Of a stretch of 64,000 bases of DNA, positions 20,614 through 30,834 are shown one piece after another. Source of the DNA: an uncultured Gemmatimonadales bacterium (lineage in GTDB: Bacteria > Gemmatimonadota > Gemmatimonadetes > Gemmatimonadales > GWC2-71-9); the NCBI GenBank assembly GCA_963825055.1, contig CAWGSK010000013.1, forward strand, positions 192,001-256,000. Reading direction: 5' to 3'. The number at the start of each line of letters is the position of its first letter. Position 1 is the first letter of the stretch. Both the position numbers and the translations under genes were made by a program. The notes under the pieces are model-generated. The model did not search any database. It was not told the origin of the DNA and saw only the letters and a list, made by a program, of their open reading frames with translations.

Positions 20614-21560
20614 CCGCTCTGGTCCTCCGCGTAGGCGCGGATGATGTCCTTCACCAGCCGGTGCCGGATGACGTCCGCCTCGTTCAGGTAACAGAAGGCG
20701 ATCCCGTCGATGCCCGGCAGGATCCGCTCGACCTGGATGATCCCGGATTCCTCGCGATGTGGCAGGTCGATCTGGGTCTTGTCGCCGGTCACCACGGTCT
20801 TGCTGTTCACGCCCAGGCGCGTGAGGAACATTTTCATCTGCGCCCCGGTCGCGTTCTGCGCTTCGTCCAGGATGATGAACGCGTCGCTCAGGGTCCTCCC
20901 CCGCATGTAGGCCAGCGGGGCGATCTCGATGGTGCGGGTCTCGAGCGCCTTCTGCACCCGGTCGGCCGGCATCATGTCCTCAAGCGCGTCGTACAGCGGG
21001 CGGAGGTACGGGTCCACCTTGGCCTGCAGGTCGCCCGGCAGGAACCCGAGGGATTCGCCCGCCTCCACGGCCGGGCGGGCCAGGATGATGCGGCGCACCC
21101 GCTTCCGCGCGAGTGCTTCCACCGCCTTCGCCACGGCAAGGTAGGTCTTGCCCGTCCCGGCAGGACCGATCCCCACGACAATGTCGTTCTGGGTGATGGC
21201 ATCGAGATACTCCCGCTGGCCGGCCGTCTTCGGCGCGATCACCCGCCGCATGCCCGGCAGGACGATCTTGTACTCCGACCCTGCCGCCATGCCGCTGGCG
21301 TCACCGTCCTCGGCATAGCGCGCCACGTCCTCCGGCGCAATCGGCTCCCCCATCCGGGCAAGGTCGATCAGCCCCTGCGCCACGCCGGTGGCGCGCGCCA
21401 CCTGGGCCGCGGGCCCGGACAGGGTCAGGACATCGCCCCGTGCGCTCGCGCGGATCCCGAACGCCTTCTCCAGCTCGGCCAGGTTCGCATCGTTCACGCC
21501 GGCGAGGAGCAGCTCATCCGCTCCCTCGATCGACAGCCGATGCTGGGTTTCGTCCGCCAT
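20610..21560 (-). CDS. phoH: PhoH/YbeZ family ATPase
   Basis: GPAGTGKT, RPAVEAGE.LGFLPG, AYMRGRT and DEAQN motifs. Confidence 0.93.
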   Translation of the reverse strand: MADETQHRLSIEGADELLLAGVNDANLAELEKAFGIRASARGDVLTLSGPAAQVARATGVAQGLIDLARMGEPIAPEDVARYAEDGDASGMAAGSEYKIVLPGMRRVIAPKTAGQREYLDAITQNDIVVGIGPAGTGKTYLAVAKAVEALARKRVRRIILARPAVEAGESLGFLPGDLQAKVDPYLRPLYDALEDMMPADRVQKALETRTIEIAPLAYMRGRTLSDAFIILDEAQNATGAQMKMFLTRLGVNSKTVVTGDKTQIDLPHREESGIIQVERILPGIDGIAFCYLNEADVIRHRLVKDIIRAYAEDQSG

Positions 21561-21561
21561 G

Positions 21562-23364
21562 CTACTTCTCCTCGCCCTGCAGGCGCAGGTGCAGGTCTGC
21601 CAGCTCCCGCGCCTGCACCGGCGCGGGCGCGCCTTCGTACAGGGCGCGGGCCGCCGTCGTCTTGGGAAATGCGATCACGTCACGCAGGGATGGCGCGCCC
21701 GCCAGCAGCATGACGATCCGGTCGAAGCCGAGGGCGAACCCGCCGTGCGGCGGCGCCCCCGCCCTGAGCCCTTCCATCAGGAACCCGAACCGCTGCCGCA
21801 CCGTCGCGTCATCCAGCCCAAGCAGCGCGAAAATCTTCTGCTGGACGGCCGGGTCAGTGATCCGGATCGAGCCGCTGCCGAGTTCGTTGCCGTTGTAGAC
21901 CGCGTCGTAGTGCTGCGCCCGGCAATGCCACGGATCGCTCTCCAGCCGGTCGCGGTCATCGGGGTGCGGCGCGGTGAACGGATGGTGCGCTGGAACGGGC
22001 GCACCGGTGGCCGGATCCGGCTCGAACAGCGGGAAATCCACCACCCACAGGAAGGCGTGCGCGCGGGACGGCGCGAGACCGAGTCGCGCGATGACGCCCT
22101 GCCTGACGATGTGCAGCGCCGCCGAGGTGACGGCATCGGCGCCGTTCACGGCCAGAAGCAGGCTGCCGGTTTCGGCGTCCAGCGCGTCGAGGAACGCCTG
22201 GCCTGTCGCCTTGACGCCCTGCCCTTCCCAGCCGCCAGCGCTCCGGCGCGCCCAGACCAGGCCACCCACGCCGGCGGATTTCGCCGAGGCGGCCAGCGCA
22301 TCCAGGTCTTTCCGGCTGAGCGTCGCGCCACCCTGCACCACGAACCCGCGTACCCGGCCCCCACCGTTGACGGTCTCGCGGAGGAACGGAGCCGAGTCCT
22401 CCGCTACCATCCCGGTGAGGTCACGGATTGCGAGGTCGTGGCGCAGGTCGGGCTTGTCCACGCCATAGCGTTCCATCGCCTCGGCATAGCCGAGCCGCGG
22501 GAAGGGCCGCGGGATGTCGATCCCGGCCTCGTTCCAGAGCGCCACCAGCACCGCCTCCACTGCGTCCTGCACGTCCCGCGCGGTCACGAACGAGGCCTCG
22601 AGGTCGATCTGGGTGAATTCCGGCTGGCGATCGGCGCGAAGGTCCTCGTCGCGGAAGCAACGCGCGATCTGGAAGTACCGGTCGAACCCGGCCACCATCA
22701 GGAGTTGCTTGTAGATCTGGGGCGACTGGGGCAGCGCGTAGAACTCGCCGGCATGCACCCGGCTCGGGACGAGGTAGTCGCGCGCGCCCTCGGGCGTCGG
22801 CCGGGTGAGGATGGGCGTCTCGATCTCCAGGAACCCGAGCGCGTCCATCGTCCGGCGCGCGCGCTGCAGCAGCCGATGGCGCAGGATGAAGTTCTGCTGG
22901 AGCTCCGGCCGGCGCAGGTCCAGCACGCGATGGCGGAGCCGGAGGTCCTCGGCGGGAAGTTCCTCGCCTTCCTTGCGCGAGACCGGAATCACCGGCGTCT
23001 CGGCGGGGCCCACGATCTCACACCCGGTGACCTGCACCTCCACGTCGCGCGTGGCCATGGTCTCGCGCCCGGCCTCGGGGCGCTCCGCCACCGTGCCGGT
23101 CACCAGCAGCACGTCCTCGCCACCGACGCTCGCCGCGGTCTCCAGTACGTTCGCCGGCGTCCACTTCGGGTCGAAGGACAGCTGGACGGCGCCGCTCCGG
23201 TCGCGCAGGTCCACGAAGACCAGCCCGCCGAGGTTGCGGGAACGGTGGACCCAGCCGCCGAGGCGCACCTCGGTGCCGACATGCGGGAGCCTCAGCTCGC
23301 CGCAGCCGTGCGTCCGCAGCGCGGCAGGAGGCAGGGGACGGGAAGCAGGGGTCGTGTCGGTCAT
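21562..23364 (-). CDS. aspS: Aspartate--tRNA ligase
   Basis: RTHGCGEL, PEGARDYLVP, PQSPQ, FRDEDLRADRQPEF and PPHGG motifs. Confidence 0.97.
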   Translation of the reverse strand: MTDTTPASRPLPPAALRTHGCGELRLPHVGTEVRLGGWVHRSRNLGGLVFVDLRDRSGAVQLSFDPKWTPANVLETAASVGGEDVLLVTGTVAERPEAGRETMATRDVEVQVTGCEIVGPAETPVIPVSRKEGEELPAEDLRLRHRVLDLRRPELQQNFILRHRLLQRARRTMDALGFLEIETPILTRPTPEGARDYLVPSRVHAGEFYALPQSPQIYKQLLMVAGFDRYFQIARCFRDEDLRADRQPEFTQIDLEASFVTARDVQDAVEAVLVALWNEAGIDIPRPFPRLGYAEAMERYGVDKPDLRHDLAIRDLTGMVAEDSAPFLRETVNGGGRVRGFVVQGGATLSRKDLDALAASAKSAGVGGLVWARRSAGGWEGQGVKATGQAFLDALDAETGSLLLAVNGADAVTSAALHIVRQGVIARLGLAPSRAHAFLWVVDFPLFEPDPATGAPVPAHHPFTAPHPDDRDRLESDPWHCRAQHYDAVYNGNELGSGSIRITDPAVQQKIFALLGLDDATVRQRFGFLMEGLRAGAPPHGGFALGFDRIVMLLAGAPSLRDVIAFPKTTAARALYEGAPAPVQARELADLHLRLQGEEK

Positions 23365-23366
23365 GC

Positions 23367-23822
23367 CTACCAAGTTTCGGCCTGGACGAGGGCGTCGTAG
23401 AATGCCGCGGGATCGGGCGCGTCGAGCAGGGCCTGCCGCACGGACTCGCGACGCACCAGCCGCACGATGCGCGACAGCGCCTTGACGTGCTGGCTCGCCG
23501 CGGTCTCCGGTCCGCTCAGCAGGAAGACGATTCGCACCGGCTCGCCGTCGATACTGTCGAACGGCACCGGCGCCGCCGTACGTCCGGCGACCACCGCCAG
23601 TTCAGGGAGCGTCGGCGAGCGGCCGTGCGGCACGGCGATCCCGAACCCGATGCCCGTGGTCAGGTCCCGCTCGCGATTCAGTACCGCGCGCTGGACGTCA
23701 TCCAGCGACCCGCCGGAGCAGGCAACGAGATGACGGCACAACACCTCGATCACTCCCGTCTTGTCGTGCGCGGGAATGGGGATGAGGATGCGGCCTGGCG
23801 CGAGCAGTTCTTTCAGCAGCAC
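23367..23822 (-). CDS. Stand-alone PTS EIIA (Ntr/fructose-type)
   Basis: RE...TTGIG.GIAVPHGR with the phospho-accepting His; FDSIDGEPV; GTG start at 23822 inferred. Confidence 0.88.
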   Translation of the reverse strand: MLLKELLAPGRILIPIPAHDKTGVIEVLCRHLVACSGGSLDDVQRAVLNRERDLTTGIGFGIAVPHGRSPTLPELAVVAGRTAAPVPFDSIDGEPVRIVFLLSGPETAASQHVKALSRIVRLVRRESVRQALLDAPDPAAFYDALVQAETW

Positions 23823-23917
23823 GATCCCGTCGGAGGAGGGTGAATCGGGGAAACGTAACCCGCGCGCCTCCGGGCGGCAATTGATTGCAGGAACGGGAGT
23901 TAGGGGTGCGTCGGAGG

Positions 23918-23965
23918 CGAGGGGCCGAGGGGTCGAGACGTCACGGGGCCAGAGGGTCGGGGGCT
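23918..23965 (+). repeat. Degenerate 8-nt tandem repeat, six units
   Basis: CGAGGGGC CGAGGGGT CGAGACGT CACGGGGC CAGAGGGT CGGGGGCT in the EIIA/rlmN divergent intergenic region. Confidence 0.55.
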
Positions 23966-24036
23966 CGGAGCGGAGACCCTCCACCTTTCACCTTCGTGTT
24001 TCCCGTTCGCGGCCTCAACGGCCCTATCTTTCATCC

Positions 24037-25104
24037 ATGACTGCGCCTGAGAGCACCGGAGCCACCCTGCTCGACCTGACGCCGGCCGAGGCCGGCGCCC
24101 GGCTGGAGGGATGGGCGAGCGCGAGGGGCCTGCCGGGGTACCGGGTTGCCCAGATGCTGCCCCGCCTCTGGGTCCGTCCCGTGGCGTCCTGGAGTGAGGC
24201 GACCGACCTTCCCGCGGAGCTCAGGGCGGATCTCGAGACGGATCTCCCGCTGCCTCGCCTCAGGCTGGAGGTCGCCCAGGATTCGAGCGATGGCACCAGG
24301 AAGTTCCTCTGGCGCCTGCCGGACGGCGAGGCGATCGAGTCCGTCCTGATCCCGAAGGGAAAGCGCCGGACCCTCTGCATCTCCTCCCAGAGCGGGTGCG
24401 CGCTGGGGTGTGTCTTCTGTGCCACGGGGCGCATGGGCTTCCGCAGGAACCTGACCCCGTTCGAGGTCGCCGGGCAGGTGCGCGAGGTCGCGCTGGCCCA
24501 CCCCGAGGACCGGCCCACCAACGTGGTCTTCATGGGCATGGGTGAACCACTGCTCAACTGGCCGTCCGTCTCCACAGCCCTCACCATCCTGCACGACCCC
24601 GACGGGCTCGGCATCGGCGCACGGCACATCACCGTCAGCACGGTCGGCATCGTGCCCGGAATGCAGGCGCTGGCCGCGCGGCCCGAGCAGTTCCGGCTCG
24701 CCATCTCGCTCCACGCCCCCACGGACGAGGGGCGCATGGCCCTGATGCCAATCCAGAAGAAGTATGACCTGGGGCAGGTGATCGAGGCCGCGGGCGCCTT
24801 CCGCAGGCGCATCACGTTCGAGTATGTGCTCATCGCGGGGAAGAACGACAGCGACGCCGATGCCGATCGCCTGGCCGCGCTGGCGCGCCCGCTGGGTGCA
24901 ATGGTCAACCTGCTGCCGCTCCACCCCGGCGGCGACCCCGACCTCGTACCGTCGAGCGGGAACCGGATGCACGCCTTCCGCAGCCGGCTGGAACACCTGG
25001 GCGTCGAAGCGGTCGTGCGTCGGAGCCGCGGCCTGGACATTGACGCCGCGTGCGGGCAGCTCCGCGTGGCCGTGGAGGAAAAGCGCCGCCGGGCGCGGGC
25101 GTAG
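24037..25104 (+). CDS. rlmN: Dual-specificity rRNA/tRNA m2A methyltransferase RlmN
   Basis: CISSQSGCALGCVFC, FMGMGEP, ISLHA and AACGQL motifs. Confidence 0.95.
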   Translation: MTAPESTGATLLDLTPAEAGARLEGWASARGLPGYRVAQMLPRLWVRPVASWSEATDLPAELRADLETDLPLPRLRLEVAQDSSDGTRKFLWRLPDGEAIESVLIPKGKRRTLCISSQSGCALGCVFCATGRMGFRRNLTPFEVAGQVREVALAHPEDRPTNVVFMGMGEPLLNWPSVSTALTILHDPDGLGIGARHITVSTVGIVPGMQALAARPEQFRLAISLHAPTDEGRMALMPIQKKYDLGQVIEAAGAFRRRITFEYVLIAGKNDSDADADRLAALARPLGAMVNLLPLHPGGDPDLVPSSGNRMHAFRSRLEHLGVEAVVRRSRGLDIDAACGQLRVAVEEKRRRARA

Positions 25105-25109
25105 GGGCG

Positions 25110-26096
25110 TCAGTCCTGCTGGTCGACACGGTCCGGCGCATCGCCGGTCGCGAACCAGGCCTCGAGGTTGGCCGCCGCAGTCCAGCCCATCCCCTCCCGT
25201 GCCTCGCGGGTGGCGCTCCCCAGGTGGGGCAGCAGCACGACGCGCTCGAGGGCGAGCAGGTCGGGATGTACCCGTGGCTCATGCTCGTACACATCGAGGC
25301 CCGCCCCGGCGATGATGCCCTCGCGAACGGCGCGGGCAAGCGCGTCTTCATCCACCACGTCGCCCCGCGCCGTGTTGATCAGGAACGCGCCGGGCTTCAT
25401 CCGCTCGAGGCGCGGCCCATTGATCAGGTGGTGTGTTTCCGGCGTGGCGGGACAGTGCAGGGAGAGGAAGTCGGATTCCGCGAGCAGCGCATCCAGCGAG
25501 GGTGCCGGCGTTGCCCCCGCGGCACGCGCTTCGTCTTCCGGCACCGGCCTCGTGTTATGGAAGCGGACCCGCATCCCGAAGCCGTGGGAGGCGCGCCCCG
25601 CCACGGCGCGCCCGATCCGGCCCAGCCCTACAATGCCGAGCGTCCGGCCCCGGATCTCGGTGCCGACAAGATGCGTCGGGCGCCAGCCGGTCCAGCGACC
25701 GGCACGCAGTTCACGCTCCCCCTCGCCCGCCCGCCGCGCGACCATCAGGAGCAGCGTCATGGCCAGGTCGGCGGTTGCGTCGGTGAGAACGCCCGGCGTA
25801 TTCGTGACCGCCACGCCGTGCCGCCGTGCGGCATCGAGGTCGACATGATTGTAACCGACACCGAAGTTCGCCAGGATCCTGGCGCGGAGCGGCCGCGCAT
25901 CGAGCACCGCCGCGTCAATCCGGTCCGTTACGGTGCACAGGACCCCGTCGGAGCCGGCGAGGGCGGCGGAAAGCTCGTCAGCGGTGAACGGATGGTCGTC
26001 GCGATTCAGCCGGGCATCAAAGTGCTCGAGGAGCCGGGCCTCGACGGGCTCCGGCAGGCGGCGCGTCACCGTCACGACCGGTCGGGACTCGGACAT
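25110..26096 (-). CDS. D-glycerate dehydrogenase / glyoxylate-hydroxypyruvate reductase
   Basis: GVGYNHVD, NTPGVLT, GLGRIG, INTARG, DVYEHEP and PHLGSAT motifs; AGGAG RBS. Confidence 0.9.
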   Translation of the reverse strand: MSESRPVVTVTRRLPEPVEARLLEHFDARLNRDDHPFTADELSAALAGSDGVLCTVTDRIDAAVLDARPLRARILANFGVGYNHVDLDAARRHGVAVTNTPGVLTDATADLAMTLLLMVARRAGEGERELRAGRWTGWRPTHLVGTEIRGRTLGIVGLGRIGRAVAGRASHGFGMRVRFHNTRPVPEDEARAAGATPAPSLDALLAESDFLSLHCPATPETHHLINGPRLERMKPGAFLINTARGDVVDEDALARAVREGIIAGAGLDVYEHEPRVHPDLLALERVVLLPHLGSATREAREGMGWTAAANLEAWFATGDAPDRVDQQD

Positions 26097-26118
26097 GGCA
26101 TCTCCTGAGGCACTGGGC

Positions 26119-27363
26119 GTGAATCCTGACCCCACCCGCGAAACGCTGGAGTCGCTCTACCGCGCGGCCATCGCGGCGGCGGACCCTGCGAAGGCGGTGA
26201 CCCGCGCAGTCCAGGGGTGGGCTCCAGGGGGACCGCTGGTCATCATCGCGATGGGCAAGGCCGCGCCGGCCATGGCCCGGGCCGCGATCACGCACTTCGG
26301 CGCATCCCTGCATGGCGGACTCATCATAGCACCGCACGGGGCGGAGCAGGTTCCGGGCATCACCACCGTCGCCGGCGACCATCCGATCCCCGGTCCCGGA
26401 AGCCGCGCTGCGGCAGAGGCGCTGGGCCGCATGCTGGTCGGGCTTGACCGCAGGCACCGCGTGCTCGTCCTGCTCTCCGGCGGCGCCAGCAGCCTTGCAG
26501 GCGCGCCGACGGCAGGCCTGTCCGACAACGACTATCAGCAGCTGGTCCGGCACCTTCTCGGTTCCGGCCTGGACATCCATGCCGTCAACGCCGTACGCAA
26601 GGCGTTCTCCCGCTGGGGCGGGGGCCGCCTGACCCGGGCACTCGGACCGGCACCGGTACGGGCACTCGCTGTCTCCGACGTACCGGGAAATCTCGCCGGC
26701 TCCATCGGCTCTGGCCCGTTGACGCCCGATCCGGACGCCATCGACCGGGTCCGGAGCTATCTCGGCAGCGCCGACCTGCCGGCCGGCCTGCGCGAGCGCC
26801 TCCGAGGCGCGCTCGATGCCGACCCGCTGCCGATGCACATCCCCGACATCGCCGTCGAGATTGTCGCCGACAACCGCACGGCGCTCGAAGGTGCCCGCCG
26901 CGAGGCGGAGGCGCGCGGGCTGGCCGTGGAGGTCGACAGCGAGGTGCTTGCCGGCGAGGCGGCAAGCCAGGGGGAGAAGATCGGGCTCGCGAGCCGGGCG
27001 CAGCCACCGGGAACCGCCAGGATCCGGGGCGGCGAGACCACCGTGACCCTGGGCGGCGGGCATGGGGCGGGCGGACGGAACCAGGAACTTGCGCTCGCGG
27101 CGGCCGGTGCGCTCGAGGGCATCATGGGGCCGGTCCTGCTGGCTGCCGGCACCGACGGACGCGACGGCCCGACGGACGCCGCCGGGGCCATCGTGGACGG
27201 CACGACCTGGCGCCGCATCCGGGAGGCCGGACGAAATCCGGCGCGGGACCTGGCGCAACACGACAGCCACCTGTCGCTGGACGCGGCCGGCGCACTCCTC
27301 CGGCCGGGACCGACCGGCACGAACGTCATGGACCTCGTGATCGCGATGGGCGCAACGGCCTAG
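26119..27363 (+). CDS. Glycerate 2-kinase (MOFRL/TtuD type)
   Basis: GKAA, HPIP, LSGGASSL, GGETTV, GGRNQE, GTDGRDG and GPTGTNVMD motifs. Confidence 0.9.
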   Translation: MNPDPTRETLESLYRAAIAAADPAKAVTRAVQGWAPGGPLVIIAMGKAAPAMARAAITHFGASLHGGLIIAPHGAEQVPGITTVAGDHPIPGPGSRAAAEALGRMLVGLDRRHRVLVLLSGGASSLAGAPTAGLSDNDYQQLVRHLLGSGLDIHAVNAVRKAFSRWGGGRLTRALGPAPVRALAVSDVPGNLAGSIGSGPLTPDPDAIDRVRSYLGSADLPAGLRERLRGALDADPLPMHIPDIAVEIVADNRTALEGARREAEARGLAVEVDSEVLAGEAASQGEKIGLASRAQPPGTARIRGGETTVTLGGGHGAGGRNQELALAAAGALEGIMGPVLLAAGTDGRDGPTDAAGAIVDGTTWRRIREAGRNPARDLAQHDSHLSLDAAGALLRPGPTGTNVMDLVIAMGATA

Positions 27364-27788
27364 GGATGAAGCGGGTGCGTGGACTGGAAGTCGTCTCCAA
27401 GGATCACCGTGACGTCGACCCGGAGAAGCGTGTCCGTCTCCACCGCCACCCTCCCCTGACCCAGGATCCCGGCCACACGCTCGCCGGTGGCGGTGTCACC
27501 GCGCCGGACGAGCACGGTCGTGGAGTCCCGCCGGTTTTCTCCCGACGCATTCCCGAACCCGACCACGTCGAGTCCCGCCCGGCGCAGTTCCCGGGTTGCG
27601 TCGCGCGCGAGCCCGGCACGCGGGGTCGCGTTCAGGACCTCGACGATGATTCGGTCCGTGCCGCTGGGAATGTCGTAGGCATGCCCCTCGACGCGGTCGC
27701 GCCGGGAGCGGAAGGCAAGCGCCAGGGCTGTCACCAGCAGCGCCCCGGCGAGGGCGATCAGCCCGAGGCGCCAGGTGCGGGTTCGCAC
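27360..27788 (-). CDS. Membrane-anchored LytR C-terminal domain protein
   Basis: One TM helix, then VEVLNAT..GLA, GNA and DVTVILGDD motifs. Confidence 0.82.
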   Translation of the reverse strand: MRTRTWRLGLIALAGALLVTALALAFRSRRDRVEGHAYDIPSGTDRIIVEVLNATPRAGLARDATRELRRAGLDVVGFGNASGENRRDSTTVLVRRGDTATGERVAGILGQGRVAVETDTLLRVDVTVILGDDFQSTHPLHP

Positions 27789-28345
27789 AGACTGTTCCAG
27801 AACCTGACGGTCGGCTCAGGCAGCGGCCAGCGCGACCTGATCATATAACCGATACGTGCCCGGGCCACCTCACGCAGGACGCCGCCCACGTCCTTCGGGA
27901 AGCGCTCCGCCCATTCGGCGCGCTGCTCACGATCGAAAGTTCGACCCGGCTCCAGGAAGTCCGCGCAATACAGCACACGACCGACCATGTCCCACTCCGC
28001 CAGCCCGATCGAGTGGTACCGGACGGCGTCCAGCACTCCGCGGTCGGTCTCCCCTTCCCCTTTCGCGCGCGCGGCACTGGCCGGGCCGTGCCTGAGCTCT
28101 ACCGGGCCCGTCATGGACGGGGCCCAGCGCACGAGCTCCTCCTCGGTGGCATCGCGAAGCGCGTCATGCAGCCAGACGGCGCGAAGCCAGCGATTGCGCT
28201 CGGAGTCCGGGACGCCCATCTCTTCCACCCAGTGCGCCACCAGTTCGGCCACCCGGCCCACGTGCTCCATCCGCTCCGGGGACATGATGGCCCACGTCGG
28301 AAGCGTGGGCCGCAGTTGCGGTGGTGTGGGGCGGGAGGCGGTCAC
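27758..28345 (-). CDS. YqeK-like HD hydrolase (Ap4A hydrolase family)
   Basis: R.EH..RV, LHD, HG..A, VRYHS.G and ADFLEPGR motifs. Confidence 0.82.
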   Translation of the reverse strand: MTASRPTPPQLRPTLPTWAIMSPERMEHVGRVAELVAHWVEEMGVPDSERNRWLRAVWLHDALRDATEEELVRWAPSMTGPVELRHGPASAARAKGEGETDRGVLDAVRYHSIGLAEWDMVGRVLYCADFLEPGRTFDREQRAEWAERFPKDVGGVLREVARARIGYMIRSRWPLPEPTVRFWNSLCEPAPGASG

Positions 28346-28351
28346 CCTGGG

Positions 28352-28723
28352 TCAGCGCTCGGCGCGGAGGGGCGGGCGGATGACGCGGTTGTCAGCATCA
28401 ACGAAGACGACGGCAGGCGCGTGCTCCTGCGCCTCGGCCTCGGTGTAGTCGCCGTAGCTGATCGCAATGATCAGGTCCCCCGGCACGCCGAGGCGCGCGG
28501 CGGCGCCGTTGAGCTGGATGGTGCCCGACCCGCGGGGGCCGGGAATGACATAGGTCGAGAAACGCTGGCCGTTGTTGATGTTCACGACCTGGACCTCCTC
28601 ATGGTGCAGGAGGTCCGCGGCGTCCAGGAGATCCTGGTCCACCGTCAGCGATCCCTCATAGTGCAGGTCGGCCGACGTGATCGTCGCCCGGTGAATCTTT
28701 GATTTCATCAGCCGTCGAAGCAT
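28352..28723 (-). CDS. panD: Aspartate 1-decarboxylase
   Basis: KSKIHRA, YEG|S autocleavage site, NGAAAR. Confidence 0.96.
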   Translation of the reverse strand: MLRRLMKSKIHRATITSADLHYEGSLTVDQDLLDAADLLHHEEVQVVNINNGQRFSTYVIPGPRGSGTIQLNGAAARLGVPGDLIIAISYGDYTEAEAQEHAPAVVFVDADNRVIRPPLRAER

Positions 28724-29576
28724 CGTCGAGGCCCTGTCCCAGTATCACGTTGTCAATGAGGCGCGTGCCACCGGCACGAGCCGCCACAGCTACCACCGTG
28801 TCCGGCCCGACCCGGTCCACGGGTTCCATCGTCTCCGGGTCGGCGAGGGCAATATACTCGACCACCAGACCCGGAGAAAGCCGAAATGCTTCCTGCATCA
28901 CGCTTTCCAGCACCTGGGCCCGGCGCTCACCGCCCCGGTACGCCTGTGTAACAGCCCGGAGGGCCCGCGAGATCCCGAGGGCATCGACACGCTCGGCGGG
29001 AGACAGGTACGCGTTGCGGCTGCTGAGCGCGAGCCCGTCCGGTTCCCGTACCGTGGGCACCACCACCAGACGCACCGGGAAGTCCAGGTCCCGCACCATT
29101 CGCCGGACGAGCAGCGCCTGCTGGATATCCTTCTGTCCGAAACAGGCCACGTCCGGCTGGACCAGGTTGAAGAGCTTCGCCACGACGGTCAGCATCCCGG
29201 TAAAGTGTCCCGGCCGTGCGGCACCCTCCCACCGGGCCGCCGCGTCTGCCGGCACAACCCGGGTCCCGGAACCGGGCGGGTACATCGTCTCGACCGATGG
29301 CAGGAAGAATGCATCCGCGCCTCGTCCCTCGGCGAGGGCCTGGTCCCGCGCGGGATCCCGCGGATACCGGGAAAGATCCTCGCCCGGGCCGAACTGCAGC
29401 GGATTCACGAAGACGCTCACGATTGCGTGTCGTGCCTCGCGGCGCGCCGCGTCGATCAGGGCCAGGTGTCCCTCGTGCAGATAGCCCATCGTGGGAACGA
29501 ACCCGATCTTTCCCCCGCGGGCCCGGGCGCCATGCACCCACGCACGGAGATCGTCGACCGTCTGGATCTGTTCCAC
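28656..29576 (-). CDS. panC: Pantoate--beta-alanine ligase
   Basis: [31 protein letters not shown] and RLIDN motifs. Confidence 0.96.
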   Translation of the reverse strand: MEQIQTVDDLRAWVHGARARGGKIGFVPTMGYLHEGHLALIDAARREARHAIVSVFVNPLQFGPGEDLSRYPRDPARDQALAEGRGADAFFLPSVETMYPPGSGTRVVPADAAARWEGAARPGHFTGMLTVVAKLFNLVQPDVACFGQKDIQQALLVRRMVRDLDFPVRLVVVPTVREPDGLALSSRNAYLSPAERVDALGISRALRAVTQAYRGGERRAQVLESVMQEAFRLSPGLVVEYIALADPETMEPVDRVGPDTVVAVAARAGGTRLIDNVILGQGLDDASTADEIKDSPGDDHVGRPAL

Positions 29577-29581
29577 GGAAT

Positions 29582-30409
29582 TCAGTCGAAGCTGTGCCCG
29601 GCGTCCGGGAAGGTCCCGGCTCGGACCTCACCGGCGTACGCCGTCACGGCGGCACGGGTGGCCCCGGCCAGGTCGGCGAATCGCTTCAGGAATTTCGGCG
29701 AGAAGGTGTCGTTGAGCCCGAGCATGTCGTGCAGCACCAGCACCTGGCCGTCGCAATGGGGGCCGGCCCCGATGCCGATGGTGGGGATGGTGAGGGACCC
29801 GGTGATACGCTCCGCCAGCGCGGACGGCAGCAACTCGAGCACCACGGCGAACGCTCCGGCGTCCTCCAGCTCGTGGGCATCAGCCACCAGGTGTTCGGCA
29901 ACCGCGGCATCGCGCCCCTGCACGCGGTAGCCGCCCAGCGCATGCACCGACTGCGGGGTCAGGCCCAGGTGTCCCATGACCGGGATGCCGATGTCCACCA
30001 GCGCGCGCACGGTCGGGGCCATCGTGGCACCACCTTCCAGCTTCACCCCGTGCGCCCCGGTCTCCTTCATCACGCGTCCGGCGTTCCGGAGCGCCTCCTC
30101 GATCGATACCTGGTAGGACAGGAATGGGAGGTCCACGTACACCGGCGTCTCGCCGCTGCCGCGCCGCACGCTCCGGGCATGATAGATCATCTGGTCCAGC
30201 GTCGCGGACAGCGTGCTCGGGCTGCCGGCCAGCACCTGATTGACCGAGTCGCCCACCAGCAGCACGTCCACGCCGGCCGTGCTCAGCAGGCGGGCGAACA
30301 GCGCATCGTAGCAGGTCAGCATCACGATCCGGCGACCGTCACGTTTCATGGCGATCAGGTCGTGGATGGAGCGTGGGGGCCGTGGTTCGGGCATGGATTT
30401 TCCGGGCAT
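29582..30409 (-). CDS. panB: 3-methyl-2-oxobutanoate hydroxymethyltransferase
   Basis: LLVGDS, KLEGG, GHLGLTPQ and GIGAG..CDGQVLV motifs. Confidence 0.96.
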   Translation of the reverse strand: MPGKSMPEPRPPRSIHDLIAMKRDGRRIVMLTCYDALFARLLSTAGVDVLLVGDSVNQVLAGSPSTLSATLDQMIYHARSVRRGSGETPVYVDLPFLSYQVSIEEALRNAGRVMKETGAHGVKLEGGATMAPTVRALVDIGIPVMGHLGLTPQSVHALGGYRVQGRDAAVAEHLVADAHELEDAGAFAVVLELLPSALAERITGSLTIPTIGIGAGPHCDGQVLVLHDMLGLNDTFSPKFLKRFADLAGATRAAVTAYAGEVRAGTFPDAGHSFD

Positions 30410-30420
30410 GGACAGGGAAT

Positions 30421-30834
30421 CTAGGGGGATAGCGCGGCCAGTTCACGCTGCCACCAGTCGCGGTTGGGCAGTTCAGGATGCGGCAGGGTCAGTATCGGGT
30501 CGTTGACCACGCGGTCGCCGAAGCGGACGATGTCGATGTCGAGGGTGCGCGGTCCCCACCGCTCGCCGCGCACGCGCCCGGCCGCCCGTTCGATCGCCAG
30601 GCACGCCTCGAGCAGCGCATGCGGGCCCAGCCGCGTGGCCAGCAGCAGCATCTGGTTCAGGAACGCGGGCTGCTCCACCGGGCCGACGGGCGCGGTTTCC
30701 TCGATTTCCGTCACGGCCACCACCCGGGTGCCGGGCAGCGACTCGAGCGCGGTGCGCGCGTAGGCGAGCTGCGCCTGACGGTCGCCCAGGTTGCTGCCAA
30801 GGGCGATGAAGACCTGCTCCGGGGGCAGGCTCAC
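30421..30834 (-). CDS. folK: 2-amino-4-hydroxy-6-hydroxymethyldihydropteridine diphosphokinase
   Basis: [22 protein letters not shown] and LPHP motifs. Confidence 0.95.
   Translation of the reverse strand: MSLPPEQVFIALGSNLGDRQAQLAYARTALESLPGTRVVAVTEIEETAPVGPVEQPAFLNQMLLLATRLGPHALLEACLAIERAAGRVRGERWGPRTLDIDIVRFGDRVVNDPILTLPHPELPNRDWWQRELAALSP

Noticed and set aside
28656..28723. 68-nt panC/panD overlap as a frameshift or pseudogene
   Set aside because: Both proteins have complete motifs; this is only a C-terminal extension of PanC.
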